Positions 40,254-54,957 of a stretch of 64,000 nt of DNA are shown piece after piece (the first letter of the stretch is position 1; the number at the start of each line of letters is the position of its first letter). The position numbers and the translations under genes were made by a program. Source of the DNA: Octopus vulgaris (taxonomy: Eukaryota); assembly GCA_951406725.2 (NCBI GenBank), contig OX597820.1:71300001-71364000 (forward strand), in the 5' to 3' direction. The notes under the pieces were generated by a model that was not told the origin of the DNA, did not search any database, and saw only the letters and a program-made list of their open reading frames with translations.

Positions 40254-41713
40254 CCCCTGGGAGCCCCTCTATGCTGATAACCTGGACCTCATAGCAGAAT
40301 CACTACTAGAACTAGAGAAGAAATTTCAGGTGTGGAAGCAAGGTTTAGAATCGAAGGCCTTTAGAATCAATGTAGCAAAGACTAAAGTTCTAGTAAGTAG
40401 GAAGGTGAACACATCACATACCCGCTTCAGGTAGGTGGCCCTGCTTGATCTGTAGAGAAGGTGTTGGCAGAAACTCCATAAGATGTACCCAGTGTAAGCT
40501 ATGGACACATAAGAGGTGCAGCAACATTAAAGGAAGATTAACCGGGAAGATAGCTTTCGTGTGTGGCAGATGCACAGGGGCAATAAACACCTAAGATGCT
40601 CAGAAAACAGATTCCATCTCATGCCAGGGGAAGAAACTAGACGTAGTTGATAGATTCCGCTACCTAGGTTACCAAGTTCGTAGTGGGGGTGGAAGCTCAG
40701 AGAGTGTTACCACTAGAATAAGAATAGCCTGGGCAAAGTTCAGAAAACTTCTAACCTACTGGTGACAAAGGGCCTCTCACTCAGAGTGAAAGGTAGCTTG
40801 TACGATGCATGTGTGCGAACTGCCATGCTTCACGGCAGTGAAACATGAGCCATGACTGCTGAAGACATATGTATGCTCAAAAGAAATGAAGCTAGCATGA
40901 TCCTCTGGATATGTATTGTCAGTGTGCACACATGACAAAGTGTAAGCACCTTGAGAAAAATTTTGGACATAAGAAGCATCGGATGTGGCATGCAAGAGAG
41001 ATATTTGCATTGGTATGGTCTTGTACAACAGATGGGTGAGGAGAGCTGTGTGAAGAAGTGCCACTCCCAAACAGTGAAAGGAATCTGGGGTAGAGGGAGA
41101 CCCAGGAAGACATGGGATGAAGCATGTAGTAGTGAAGTATGACCTTCGAACATTGGGCCTCACAGAGGCAATGACAAAGGACCAAAGTCTCTGGAGATAT
41201 GCTGTGACTGAGAAGACCTGGCAAATAAAGTGAGCTCACAGCTGTAACCCACACCAGTGTCACATAAGCAGCCCATTCAAAAGTTCCTTGGATCGTAGGG
41301 TGACATGCCATGCTTGAGGAGACCTATTGAGTCAAGTACATCAAAATCAAATCAATTTACATTCAAATGGAAATTGTAGTTGTGATCCCTGTGCCAGTGG
41401 CACGTAAAAAGCACCATCCAAACATGGCTGATGCTGGCGCCGCCTTGACTGGCATCTGTGCCGGTGATATGTAAAATGGACCTCCGATCATGGTCAATGC
41501 CAGCCCCCTCTGACTCCTGTGCTGGTGGCAAGTAAAAAAGCACCCACTCCACTCTCGGGGTGGTTGGTGTTAGGAAGGGCATCCAGCTGTAGAAACACTG
41601 CCAGATCAGACTGGAGCCTGGTGCAGCCTCCTGGCTTCCCAGATCACAGTCAAACCATCCAACCTATGCCAGCATGGAAAAAAGAAGAATTTAAACAATG
41701 ATGATGATGATGA
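40254..41713 (+). mobile_element. 5'-truncated, decayed RTE LINE copy (YADD region through 3'UTR and (GAT)n tail)
   Basis: PWEPLYADNLDLIAESLLELEKKFQVWKQGLESK...CLICREGVGRNSIRCTQCKLWTHKRC...; collinear with the 267-2912 ORF but with stops and frameshifts. Complete 3'UTR. Confidence 0.93.
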
Positions 41714-42559
41714 TTGCAAAAGAACCCTGTTTTTCACTGACTTTTCTTTAGTTAAAATACACATTCTCTAATGGGAACTTCCTACCTGAAGTAATGAATA
41801 AATCCAATCTTTCCTCTGGCTTACAAATAATTAGAATGAATGTGTAAGACAGGAAGAGCAAGGGATAGTGTCACTTTTTGGAAGATGAGTTTCTTTTCGC
41901 TTGTCTGACCAGTTCAGAGTAGCAGCCAAAGTTTTTACAAATCACACTCTGCTATCTTAAAAAGTGGCTATATCGAACAACAGAATTATGACTAGAATGC
42001 CTGCACATACTGTATAGGCTAGTGTATAAGACACACTCTTGTAGAAGATCTACAATGATAATGTTTTGAAAAAAAGAGATAATTTTAGTTTTATCAAATA
42101 TTTAGTGAAAGATATTTTGAAGTAGTTTTGTTGGGGAAATTGTATGATTCTGTGCATGTAAATACAATACAGTGACAGTGTACTAGAATAAAGCTTAAAA
42201 TCATATAATGTAACGTTATACTAACCTTTAAAGGAAACTAAATTAAATTTGCCATAGCTAATAAGAAATATATTGGTATTACTAAATCTTGGTACATGCA
42301 AACAAAAGTACATACACTGGTTGAAAATGAAACAACCAACAAAGTACAATAAATCTGAAAGAATTTGTATTGATAGTTACAGTACATGCAGACAAATCAA
42401 AATTTCATTGAATATTAGTATACAGATGCAACTGAAAAACAAAAAAAATTAATGCAGTGAACAGTAGAATCTACTGTACATAGCAAGAAGCACAAAATCT
42501 TGGAAAATAGTATCATAAAGGTTTATTTAATAAACATTCACAAAACCTAGAAAATTTTA

Positions 42560-43085
42560 ATTTCAGAAGGTAAATCAGCATCCTCATTCTTATTAATGGT
42601 TTCTCATTAACTGGTATCTTTATCACTGGAATTATCTGTGATAGAATCTGGGTCAACAGTATCTCTTTCAAACAATATCATCATCAATACCCTCAAAAGC
42701 ATTACTAATACCAAGATTTTTAATGATTTCACAAGTATTTTTACTTCCACAGCATTCCAAGGACTTTTCACTAACACACATATCTGTGTAACAAGCTTCT
42801 TCCTTCTTCATATCTCTTTAAAATCTGAAGACTGCATCCACTTGCTCCACACCTTCCACTGGGATACTTTCAAAGTTGTAGACTGGTTAGGTCACTTTGA
42901 ATTATAGAATTATAGCTCACTGGGTTTTCAGTCCTCCTACTTTTCTGGTCCCAAACTATTAAGTCAGGTTTTTTTTAACAGCCCACTGGACACCTTGTTC
43001 ACACTTTATCAAACCACAATTTCATTCCTTCCTAATTTATCCAACCTTTCAAATAGACAAATATAAATGCCATTGGATATTCTTT
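42560..43085 (-). mobile_element. pogo/Tigger DDE transposase remnant
   Basis: Minus-strand traces LIVWDQ, IIQSDLTSLQL (IPGGLTS-LQPLD-like) and KSWNAVEVKILVKSLK-LGISNAFEGIDDDI, across frameshifts. Confidence 0.6.
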
Positions 43086-45207
43086 CATGAGACAATGTGC
43101 TTCTTTTAAAAATTGTAAAAGGTAGCAGTTTTATGCTGTCAGTACAACAAACTAATACAAATGTTATAGTGTGTCTTTTATAGCCATAATTTAATAATCA
43201 CTGCTTTAGCTCCCTTCGATTTTGCTATTTTGTTGATGGTATATCAAATATCAAAGGGACTTAGGAAGTATTATCATTTTTCTGCTATTCCTGTTCTAGC
43301 TCTCATATAGAGGGTTTTTTCTCCTTATAAATCTGGATTATCATGATGCTAACTCTCCAAAAGTCAGTGACATCTCTGTCTATTGCTATGACTTAAATAA
43401 TGTGTGATCATTTGGATGAGTATTAAAGAGCCCATACTCCTTGTCTAGTTCAGGTCACTTTACATTTACCCTACAGATAGTGTTTGCTATGTCTAGCAGC
43501 TTTGAGCTGCTCCTATTTCCTTCAAGTCCTTACCATGTGATCAGTTGGTGGCAACCAAACTATTGAGCAGTTGTTCCATTACCATGTTTCTTTGCTTGAC
43601 AGTTAGCTTAAATTTAATGCATTAGCAGTATTTTTAGTTTTTCAACCATAAGTCAGAACTTCTATAGGAAATTTATCATAAATAAACTATATTATGAAAG
43701 GTACTATTTCTCATCTTTATCTTTTTTCACATTAGCAGTATACTTATTTATATTTTGCTCAAGAAAAATTGCCATACAGGGTGTAAAACTCATATTTTTG
43801 GCTGTGATATATTATGTTACCATAATTAACTTCCAGGGTGGTGAACAATGGCTGTGGTTTTGTTGTCATCCAGACATTGCAAATGGCTGACACGCAGATG
43901 AAAGTTTAACATTCCTTTCATGTTTCTCAGAGCACTTTTCCCGTTGATAATAAACAAGTCGTTAATGTAAAGCATGTATTAGGTATAGGTTATGTATGCT
44001 GAAGAATAAGGTTCAATGAGGTAATGTGACTACCCTACATAACTCCTGTACCATAAACAATTTTTTGAAAGTTCGTGCAAACAAACTGATAATTTGGTTT
44101 GTTTTCAGTATTTTATAAGTAACTGCATTTTATGCTGTGGGCTTAAGCTCATCTACCTTCTTAGCCTACAGTGTTCAGTCTCCCATCTGTAATAGCATTG
44201 CATTAGGTGCAGAGCAATTATTTGGTATATTTAAAAGTAGAAAAAGCACGTCTTATACAATGGCGAATGCAGTTAATAATTTGATAGATACCACCTGTCA
44301 CACCCTTCCAAATAATGCGTACACACATATACAATAACAAATGTAACTAAACTTATGATAAATAGAAGCCAAATTTCCATCTTACATTAGGATAGGACAC
44401 TTTAGACAATGTAATTTTAATATAAATGAAAGGACAACAATTTACGTATTTCCTAAACTAGTATAAAACTTTCTGGAGGAAGTGTTTCTGTTTGTATAGA
44501 CTATGTAGATTAGAGTAAGCTTGGTCTTTAAATTCAGTCATTGAAAGTAACAGATATATTCTTATTTTATTAGAACCCCTCAGCAAAGCATATTCTACTC
44601 AGTTGGCAAGATGGAAAAGCAATCAGTTTGTACATCAATTTATATAGAGTAAAGTGAATTCAGTGATGCTGAATATGAATATCAAAAATTTGGGTAAAGG
44701 AAAATACCTCAAAGGGGCATTCTGCATACTGAATAAAAAAAAATGCAAGGTTCCATATATGTAGTCTAGTGAACTGATAAAACTTTGATAATCTAATACT
44801 ATGTAAGCTATTAATAACTATAATTTTGTTAATAATCAAGGGAAATAATTCCAGGTGTATAAGTATGAAAATGTTTAGATAATATAAATATAGTACTGGA
44901 TTTGATCTTTAAAACCAACTGGTAAAAGCAATGGATCTGTTTTGGTCTTATTAGTTCTTCCACAATTTATATTGCATTTAGTTGGCAGGAGTAAGAGTGA
45001 TCTGCCTCTCTGTCAGTCTGTCTGTCAATTTGTATATATAAAAATACAGGGCATAAGGTGATAGTAAATATCAATAACCCAATAATATCTAGTGATATTG
45101 ATTGTTAATCTAATATATTTTATTTATATTTAAATGATAGAAATAAGTAACAATCTTTAACACTTAAGACATGATTGATCTCAAAAATATAGAAAAGACT
45201 TGATTTT

Positions 45208-45545
45208 CATCATCATCATTTAATGTCTGTTTTCTATGCTATCATGGGTCAGACAGTTTAACAGGAGCAGGCAAGTCAGAAGACTGCACCAAGTTCTATT
45301 GTCTGTTTTGATATGGTTTCTATGGTCAATGTCCTTCCTAACACCAACCACTTTACATAGCATACTGAGTGATTTTTATGTGGCACCAGCAGCAGTGAGG
45401 TCACCAAATAAATCACAAGACCTCTCAACTGAGTGGGGAATAATGTTGATGGAAGTGGCTTTGTGTCAAGAGATGAGAAGTCAGAGTATGACTAAAGGGA
45501 CAAAAATGGGTGTCTTACAGTAAAAGAGATAGCTGGTTACCTCAG
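45208..45545 (-). mobile_element. RTE-3'UTR-type short element (older)
   Basis: CATCATCATCATTTAATGTCTGTTTTCTATGCTATCATGGG...TCCTTCCTAACACCAACCAC. Confidence 0.65.
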
Positions 45546-45582
45546 TATGAGAGAGAATGGAAAAAAGATGTTGGGCATGTTA

Positions 45583-46310
45583 TAGGAAGTGCATTCAAAA
45601 AGTACCTGACTTTATTTTTCCCCCTCAAAATTAATGCTGTATGGGCAAAACCCTTTGGGTGGGAGATGGTGCACCCCATCCTGTTCTTGCATGATAACTT
45701 TCATGCTGGTTCACCAAATCACTTCCCAGCTGTTATGCCTAAAGTACAGACATGTAGTGAGCACTTGTTGGACTTTCGCTTTCATGCAAGATAAGCAAAT
45801 GCATGGAACAGAGACCATAAACTCTTGTCCCAGCACCAGTGATGACAGTCTTCATGAAGTCTGGGTTGTAGTTTGCAGTCCAGCATGTTCTGCTGTCCCA
45901 CCAGCACCTTCAGGACAAATGTCACCAACATTCCCTTCATGCACAAATCCTCCATCAAAATGGAATGCACTGATCCTGTTCTTATTCCCACTTCGTGAGC
46001 AATTTCCTGGATTGTTACACAACAGTCTTTCTTGACTATTTGCTGAATCGTCTCAATCAGCTTCCCATTTCAGTTTGTTGATGCCCTGCCTGAGCATGTC
46101 CCATTCTCCACTGAGGCGCAGTGATGTTTGAAGCAGTTTTACCACAACTTGATCTCAGTTTTGCCGATGACATCATCACCAAAGTCCTACTGAATCTTCT
46201 GGATGGTTTGAGCTTCAGTATCACTAAGCTTTTGGCAAAACTTGATGCAATATCTCTGCTCAATGTGTTCAGCAAAACTGAAAATCCAACAAGCACACAC
46301 TATACATCTG
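45583..46310 (-). mobile_element. Decayed mariner element
   Basis: TIR-like TA-GGAAGTGCATTCAAAAAGTACCTGAC. Minus-strand VITGAGT (ITGDETW-like) and N-terminal IKFCQKL-D...ET--KI---F traces. Confidence 0.6.
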
Positions 46311-46499
46311 TACTCTATGTGTAACTGCTAGGAACTGTATTTTTGAGCACATGTGTCCTGGAGGAAGGGTAATGCTCATGTTATTTATAGCCTTTCAAAG
46401 ATTGGTGAAATCAATACCATTAACATTTCAGTATTACTGTTAAAAGTTGGCTGCCGAAAAGATATGAGCAGTGAAAGAACCCCAATGGGCTGATGTTTT

Positions 46500-47560
46500 A
46501 GGACGAACTAACTATACATAATGCTTAGTTCAGGTTCTGCAGATGTAGCTGGAGAGAAAATGGGTGATGAGAGGAAGAGGGGCAAGTGGATCAAGCATGC
46601 CTGTGTACTGGTGGTGGTGACACAAGACCAGCCAAATCTGAGAATCAGAGGCCATTATAGTAGTGCTATAAAAGGCAGAAAAAGGAGACAGCATGTCTAT
46701 GGACTAAAGGCTGTAGTGTGTCTATAAGTTACTTCATGCCAGTCAGTGGAGTAATTTTCACTTGATGTAATCTTTGATGCTGGTGTGTGCAGCAGCAGCA
46801 CTATCCCAAATGCAGGAGCAATACTGCAGTTTGGAACTCATCTAAACTTTTTAGAGGGCCAGTAATTCTTAGAGCTGAAGTATTTTCTGACTCTGAAGAA
46901 AAGGGTCTGTCTTTGAGAGGCAGTCCTAGTTATGTTAAGGTTGTATAAGAGAAATCTGTTATAGTATGGCCTAGCACATGGATCACTTGTATGGATTTTT
47001 GGTGCTTGCTGTTCACAATGAAGTGGGTTTAGCTGTGATGTCTTTGGATATGAGCAGTGCTGTTGAGACAAGATTGGTATTACCCCACTCGTAGATGCTA
47101 CTAAGGTGTTTGTTCATAGAATCAGTGCAGGTTTTGTTTGAAGTGCCATGGGTGCATATGGATAATGTTTGAGATGGGTAGTTTAGGGAAAAATAAAGAG
47201 GTGTATGACCTGTGTAAGTGTGGGCCTTGTAGGATTTGAGGCAAGTAGGTTATTTGCTGTCTAGAAAGAAGAATGTGGAAGACAGAACCAAACTGTGAAT
47301 TGACTAGAATTGATTGAGTATAAGATAAAAAGATCTCTGTCAGCATAGACTGTAATTGTGCAATCTTATAAAAAAATACCAATCTGAGAGATTACCGTCA
47401 AGATGAAAGCATAAGGATAGACAAACTTTGTGAGTTTGTAGCCAATAGTAAGTATAGAACTGTAGCAAGAGGAACTTAAAATAAAAGTGTTGCAACAAGT
47501 ATAGGGTTTCCAGTATAAAATGACTCACCCTCAAAGTGTCCATATACTTATTGTAGGCCT
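46500..47560 (-). mobile_element. Decayed CR1/L2/Jockey-like LINE RT 3' region
   Basis: Minus-strand LFFRVRKYFS and PKLQYCSCIWDSAAA (RP-LEYCS-VW-like). Confidence 0.6.
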
Positions 47561-50500
47561 TTCCAACCGGGTCTAGGTGGAATAATTGTGTGTTAAATTG
47601 AAAATGAAGTTTCCTTCTTAGATTATACTGCTTCCTTTGTTAATTCCTTTTATAATTTATTTTATGAAAATGTTTAGGTGTTAAACGTGAAGTTGACTTT
47701 TTGTTCCCTTTGTGTGTAAAATGAAGTATCTAATATGAACAAAAGTGCACTAGAAGTCAGTATTTCATATTGTTTAGTTCACATTTCATTTTAAATATAA
47801 ATGATGTAAATTATGTTTGAAATATTCCTACATTTTCTATTGATAATATATAACTATTATAAGGTGTATTATCAATTTAAGCTGTTATTTATTCTCATGA
47901 AATTAATTTATATGGCATATCAGGGTCAACATCAATAAAACTATCTTTTAGCAATGTTTTATTGAAAAATTAAGTACTTTCTAAATTTAAAGATATTTAT
48001 TTCAGTTTTATGAGATAATTCCAATTTACGTTTTACTATTTTTCCGAAGCTATTTTTTGTTTTATTTAGACAAAATGAATCTTTGTAGAAGGTTTTGATT
48101 TATAATTCATATAGATTATTGTTGTTATTCTAAGAAAATGACTACAATAAATTAAGGAAAACCATCCAGTGAATATTGATTTATTGACCTGTAAATAGCT
48201 TGTTGATTGCAGTTCCTCAAAGCACTTACATTGACAACAATGGAATTCAATGAAATGGTGGTATTTTGACTTGATATGATATAAAATATTGATAATTGAA
48301 GAATATGATTTATGCTTTTAGAGGCATAATAAATCATAAGAAGTATTTTCTTAACTGATGACCATATACACATATTGCATAGGTTTTAATATTATTGAAC
48401 ATTTTTTGGCTTGTGAAAGAAACTTTTATAGTGTCTAATTCTATTTTCCTTTTGGTAAAAAGAGAAATATAACTTAATTTTGATAGAAAAATAATTAATT
48501 AACTACTGATTTAAAAAAGAATTTAATCTATGAATATTATAACAGTTAAAAAAATATATTTTTCAGATACTAGAAAATGAATTGCTATGCAGAGTAATAA
48601 TACTACAATAAGGTGTAATTGATTGTTTATTTATAATTTGTATTTGGAAAGTTTAGAATCTATAAACTTTGATATAGTTTTACTGAAGAGGTTATATATA
48701 TTGTTAATATATTTCAGTATGATTATAGATTATTGCAGAAGAAAATGTGATATCATAACCATAAGAACTATTCCTTTAATGCAAGACTGCCTTGAAGAAA
48801 TTTATTGGAATTCTAATCATATTACCAATAAAAGGATTTTTCTGCTTATAAAAAGGAAATCGAATGGTGCATAACTTAAGACTGTCATACTACATGGTAG
48901 TACCATGTAATCATTATAGGTTGAATACTTCTAAGGATTGATGAACACCATAGATTTGTTCAAGGATTTCATTAGATTATGCATCAGCTAAAAGCAATAG
49001 CGATATAACACAAACTTGATTCAGAAAGAATTTCATGTACACTGATTTTGCAAAGTCTGTAGCAATGTCTTGGTATAGAATTATAATTTTCTCACTTAAA
49101 ATTACTGGCAAATTTTTTCAGCAGATAGTTCAATATTTTTTTTTCAGGTAGAGCAGATAAGGTGTGACTTTTGTAGCTTGAATTTTGGTGAAAATCATGA
49201 GCTAATCTGGTCTTAGGGAAAGAACAAATAAAGAGATCATAGATAAGAACTTTACAATCCAAGTGATCAAATAGAAATAGTACTGAGATTTAGTTTATTC
49301 ATGTCTAGCTAAAATGAAAGAAAGCAGTAAAAGTGGTAATAATTATATGATAACTTTTCTGAAGTTATGTAACCTCATATGAAAAGACCTTATTCATAAT
49401 GAAACTATAAAATGATCTAGAATTACTAATACTTCCATAAGAAGAGCCATAAAAGTATATACTTCTTTTGCTAAAAGCAAAAGTATACGCACATTACTCT
49501 GGCACTAATGCAAATGCATAGATATTTCAGCAAACCTACAAGCTACTGCATTAAACCTTCTTCAGCAAGATTTATATGTGAATTGATATTACACATCCAA
49601 CTGGTAAACATTTATTTGTTAAGGAACTAGAAAAACTTGTACTATTATTAAGATTAGAAAGATAATTTATTTACTAAACAGACACATCTATACATTCATT
49701 CATACGCAAGAAAATGATTACTTCAATGTCAGCTGTCAGAACCTAGGCTATCTCAATCATTCTAGAATAACGCAACATCCTCAAGATTATATTTAGATCC
49801 CAGAAGACATTTATAAACGTGTATGTTATCAAAATACAATAAGTCAAAACCATGTAAAACTGTTCACTTGTCTTAAGCAAAAAGTAAATGATGGTGAGAT
49901 GACTTACCATGTTAACATAAAAAGATGAGTGTGTGAGTTATAACTCTTAATCCTGCTAGTTACAAAAAAATATTATATAAAATCGAGATTAAAGAAAAAA
50001 TCATGGAAATGAAGTAAAGATGAGAGGAATTTTATAAAGTAACCTTGAACAGAAAAAACACAAAATTCATTCTCTTGGGTGCAAAAATCTATAAAGTAAT
50101 GGTGATTGGATTGACAACTTGTTCTGAAGATTTCAGATCACAAAATCTGGAATCTGTAATATTGGTAAAAGAAACATGGAAATCACCTGTCAGTTTGATG
50201 TTACTCATGAGGAATTCTTATAGCTTCTAGTTTACAACCTGAATATTAATGATAATATTCTAATTTTTGAATTAATTTCCTGCATCATTTTTTCAGTTGT
50301 GCATGACTAACATTTTCTTTATGAAATTCGGAGTGCTGATTTATATTCTGAATACATTTTGGAGTTTGTCTTTTGTAAATAAAATACATATTGCTATGCT
50401 GTTTTCACAAATTTAATTGGAATTTTGTTGAAAATATTTCTTCACTTTGCAAAATTGTTAAATAATTTTTAATAAATTCGTTTAATTAAATCTTAAATAT

Positions 50501-50762
50501 AATTTTATTTCAACTTCTGTTTTATATGCGGAAATTTGTTTTGTAAACTATTTGAGTGATATTTACTCATAATGTGTACAATTTTTAATGAAATGGATTT
50601 ATCAAACAAACAAATCTGAGCTGAGGGCCAAAATTTATCTAAACCATAAAATTGGGATGACAGATAACATTTTCACAACAGTTTGCATGCCTAAATATGT
50701 GTATGTGTATGTATATGTATATGTATTCACATGTATACACATGTGTGTACATACACACTCAC

Positions 50763-50804
<42 letters not shown>

Positions 50805-50852
50805 AGACATGTGTATACCACATACATATTTATATATATGATGAAGTGTTTT

Positions 50853-50907
50853 ATCGAAGCTGAAAAGACTTAACAAACTGTTACTCATGAAACAGCTGTC
50901 TGGTGAT
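50853..50907 (+). ncRNA. Degenerate type I minimal hammerhead-ribozyme-like motif (Penelope pLTR type)
   Basis: CTGAAAA (CUGANGA-like) + hairpin TAACA-AAC-TGTTA + GAAAC-AGCT-GTC (palindromic stem III, GUC triplet). Core and stem I are imperfect. Confidence 0.4.
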
Positions 50908-51218
50908 CCATTACATGAAACTGTAACAGCCTTCAAAGTTTTTTTCATCTTCAATAAAACACCATTTTACTCTACCATTAGTATTTGAGTGCTATTTTCT
51001 CCACCTAGCTTTGCACCTATATGCTTGCATGTATATGTATAAATAAATGTGTTTACAGAGGCAATTATGCAGATAAACAAACGAAATATAATAGCTTGGG
51101 TTTGCTACATATAGGTATACATGCTATATATAGGTGTAAATGTAAACTGAAAGAAAGCAAAGACTGAAGATTTTCAGATGATGAATATTTAAGGATAGAT
51201 ATATAGATGTTTATGTAT

Positions 51219-51566
51219 CCGTTGCCAACGCCGCCCCGACTGGCCTCCGTGCCGGTGGCACGTAAAAAGCACCATCCAATTGTGGCCATTGCCAGCCTCG
51301 TCTGGCCCCCGTGCCGGTGGCACGTAAAAAGCATCATCCGATCGTGGCTGTTTGCCAGCCTCGTTTGGCACCTGTGCAGGTGGCACGTAAAAAGCACCCA
51401 CTACACTCACAGAGTGGTTGGTGTTAGGAAGGGCATCCAGCTGTAGAAACACTGCCAGATCGGACTGGGCCTGGCACAGCCTACTGGCTCCCCAGACCCC
51501 AGTTGAACCGTCCAAGCCATGCTAGCATGGAAAACGGACGTTTTACAATGCTGATGATGATGATGA
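51219..51566 (+). mobile_element. Young RTE-3'UTR-type element with three ~61-bp units and (GAT)n tail
   Basis: GTGCCGGTGGCACGTAAAAAGCA unit x3, then AGGAAGGGCATCCAGCTGTAGAAAC and CCATGCTAGCATGGAAAACGGACG. Confidence 0.9.
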
Positions 51567-51631
51567 ATAGCTCAAACTTACACAGTGTGCAAATGACTGA
51601 GAAGACTATTTTCTATATATTTTCTATTTTC

Positions 51632-51666
<35 letters not shown>

Positions 51667-53439
51667 GGATATATGGATCTAGATTGCGAGATCATATGTC
51701 AGATACAAGTTATTCGAATATAGTTCCTCAAGTTCAGGTGTATTTAGAGTTGTGGACACTATGTATACATCAAGGTATGTATGATTGGGATTATATTATG
51801 TGAATGTGTGTTTAGCTGCATGTAGGCATCTGGGTAATTCGTTCAATGAATTTATTTATATTGTGTTCCTTTGTTAACATCAAGAGCGACTCCTTGGAGC
51901 ATAACTGGCATTTTCAGGATATAGTGATGTAGGGACTCATGAGTCTAAGTATGGACTATGTAATGTATTTTGTCTTCATTTCCTTAAGCCTCCAGATAAA
52001 ATTGACCAGTGATTTTACATGTTATTTAATAATAATACAAAATAGTAACAACAAAAGAATGAGACCTTGAGAAATAGAGGATTATTTATATATGTTATAA
52101 TTTAGAACAAACAGTAAAAGGTGTCATTATAGTTCTTGGAGTTTCAAATGTCAGAGCAAAGAGCTATGATACATTCTTGTCAACTATCAATGGCAACAAA
52201 TGCTATGAAAAACAGTTGAATAAAAGGGAAGTAACTCTAATAGATGGAAAATATATATACATAAAAAATACATGCAACTATATTCTCACAATACATAGGC
52301 ATAAAACCTCCTGCGTTTACAATGTCTACATACATATACACTCATACAAAGATGTATATGCACATACACACACACATATATGTATGTACGTACTCGTACA
52401 TACATATATCCACACACACATGCACACATGTATTTATATATATATATATGTATGTATGCAACTTCATCCTCATATACACATAGGTGCTTACATGCATACA
52501 CATAACAGCACACACTCACACACACAAACTCACATATATGAAGTTCTTACGACGACCTGCCCACATCAGCAGAACTGAGTTCTAGAAGCGCTGTGTGTCC
52601 CACCCACACTTAACAAGAAAAATGCTCACACACTCTACCACAACAAATCAAACTACATCTCTACATTTCTTCTCTTCCTCAGATTTCTGCTGCATGTACT
52701 ATGATTACCTCCCACTCCCCAATCCTGTCCTCTTGGCCCTGTGCCACTGTATCATTGCTCTCTGCTTGCTCCCGACCTGTGCATTCTATCCTCATGTCCT
52801 ATCTCACTCACTCTATTATTGCTATCTACTAGCCCCTGACCTGGGTGTTCCACCCACATGTAACAAGAAAAAATTTCCCTCATCCTACTCCAACAAACCA
52901 ATCTACGTCTCTGCTCTTTCTCACATTTCCTTTTTCATACACTATGCTTAGCACTCACTACCCAATCTTGCTCTCACAACCCTGTTCCTCTGTCTCATTG
53001 CTATCCGGTAGCCCCTCCAACTCTATATATATATCCAAGTCTTCTGCCACTTACTCACACTCTTTAATCACACTCCCTTCACAATATCCTGCCACTTATA
53101 TTATGGCATTTGAACCTCAAGGGTATGCCCTGCACTTGCCACCATCTATATCTCTCTGTTCCTTTACTCAACCATCTCATTTATATTCTGATCACCATTT
53201 CTTGTGAGTATGCCTGGCATTTTGCCAACATCTCTATCCTACTGTCTCCCACTCTCTCTCCTTTTCCTGCACTTCCCTTAGGTTGGGCAACCATGTACTT
53301 TCTCTGCGGTAGCACACCTGTTTCTGTCTTCATTCCAGATCTTTCTCTCTCTCTCTGGCCGGGTAACCTTGTACTTCTTCTATATTGCTATATTTGTCTC
53401 ACTATAGCCTTTTCATCATCACCTCCTCCAATGCTTTGT

Positions 53440-53805
53440 AGAAGTTTTTTTTAATGTCTTGCAAGTATTTGGTGATCCTGTCAGTACAGGTGCCAATTAA
53501 AAGCACCTGGTCCACACTGTAAAGTGGTTGGTGTTTGGAGGGTATCCGGTTATAAAAACCCTGCCAAAACTGACCTTGGTCTGTGCTTGTGCCACGAAAA
53601 AGCACTACTCACCTTGCCTGTGTTTGTGCAACATAAAATGCACCAAGTCCACTCTGCTGAGTGGTTGGTGTTAGGAAGGGCATCCAGCTGTAAAAGTCCC
53701 ACCAAAACTGACACAGAAGTCTGGTTCAGGCTTAGGTCTGACTGGCTCTTGTAGTACCGTCCCACTCATGCTAGCATGGAAAATGGAGTTAAACGATGAT
53801 GATGA
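53440..53805 (+). mobile_element. Older RTE-3'UTR-type element with duplicated central block
   Basis: GTGGTTGGTGTT(T/A)GGA(A)GGG(T/C)ATCC twice; (GAT)n tail. Confidence 0.7.
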
Positions 53806-54907
53806 TATATATATATATATATATATACATACATACATATATACACACACATACACATATAGACAGATAGATAAATATAAACACACATATAATCATTCAT
53901 TATTCTTTTTACATTCAATCTGAATGTCTGATAAATGTATGTGTGTATGTGCATCCATATATATATTTTTAGCTCCTGACCAGCACTAGTTGAACAGGTG
54001 TATGATCAGGATTTTTAGCCATAATCATTTCATCTGTTTGTATATCTATATCGACATTGTGCCTTCCTTTTTTAAGATAGTAGGGTGTGATTTAAGGGAA
54101 GTTGCTGCTGGGAAAGGTTTGATTTTTAAAAGAAGACAGGGGCTAAGAAACATTCAAAGAGCTGTTACCTTTGTTGATAAATGGTTTCTCACTTCGTACA
54201 CAAGCCATACTTGTTTGATCACACAACTTTCTTGAACTCTACTTTGATCACTAGGACTCTACTAACCACTTCTGTGCAACCAATGTCCAGGTTCTCAGTG
54301 TACCAGAGATCATAATTCACCTGAAATAGGTATCAAATTCTTCCATCTCAGACCCCACTATCATAAAATAGGATGACAAAATGTAAGCTTAGATATACAA
54401 ACCGGTGGAGTAGTCTATTGCTGAGATACTTTTGAGCATAGATTTGTTCAACCATGGCAGCACAGTAATGAGATATAGACATTGAATGTGAAAAATTTGT
54501 GAAGGCTTGGAAGAACTGGAGTATGTTGAATTTATAGTGTTAAGGTTCATGGAAGAGAACACTAGTTAACATACAATGGCCAGGCATTTAAGGTATGATC
54601 TGATGTATTTGTTATTTTTATATAACTTCAGGTTAGCCCTGACAATTTTCCTTATTCGTTTTAACTAATTTTAATGTTTCTGAAGATATTTTATTGGCCA
54701 TATTATGTCAGGTATACTTCAATATTTTTTGTGAAAGTTTTTGGAAGAAATGAGTACTTTTGAATAACATCAAAATGTTTACTTTCTGGTAGTACTAAAT
54801 CATAAATTTACGTAAGATACAATGTGTGTGTATATATATTATATATATATATAGATGTATGGATGTATGTATATATATACACGTACATGCATATATAGAT
54901 ACATATT

Positions 54908-54957
<50 letters not shown>

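Noticed and set aside
48567-48593. Possible 27-nt microexon (tttttcAG…AGA|GTAATA)
   Set aside because: Immediate stop in the SPO11 phase, and such sites are expected by chance in AT-rich DNA.
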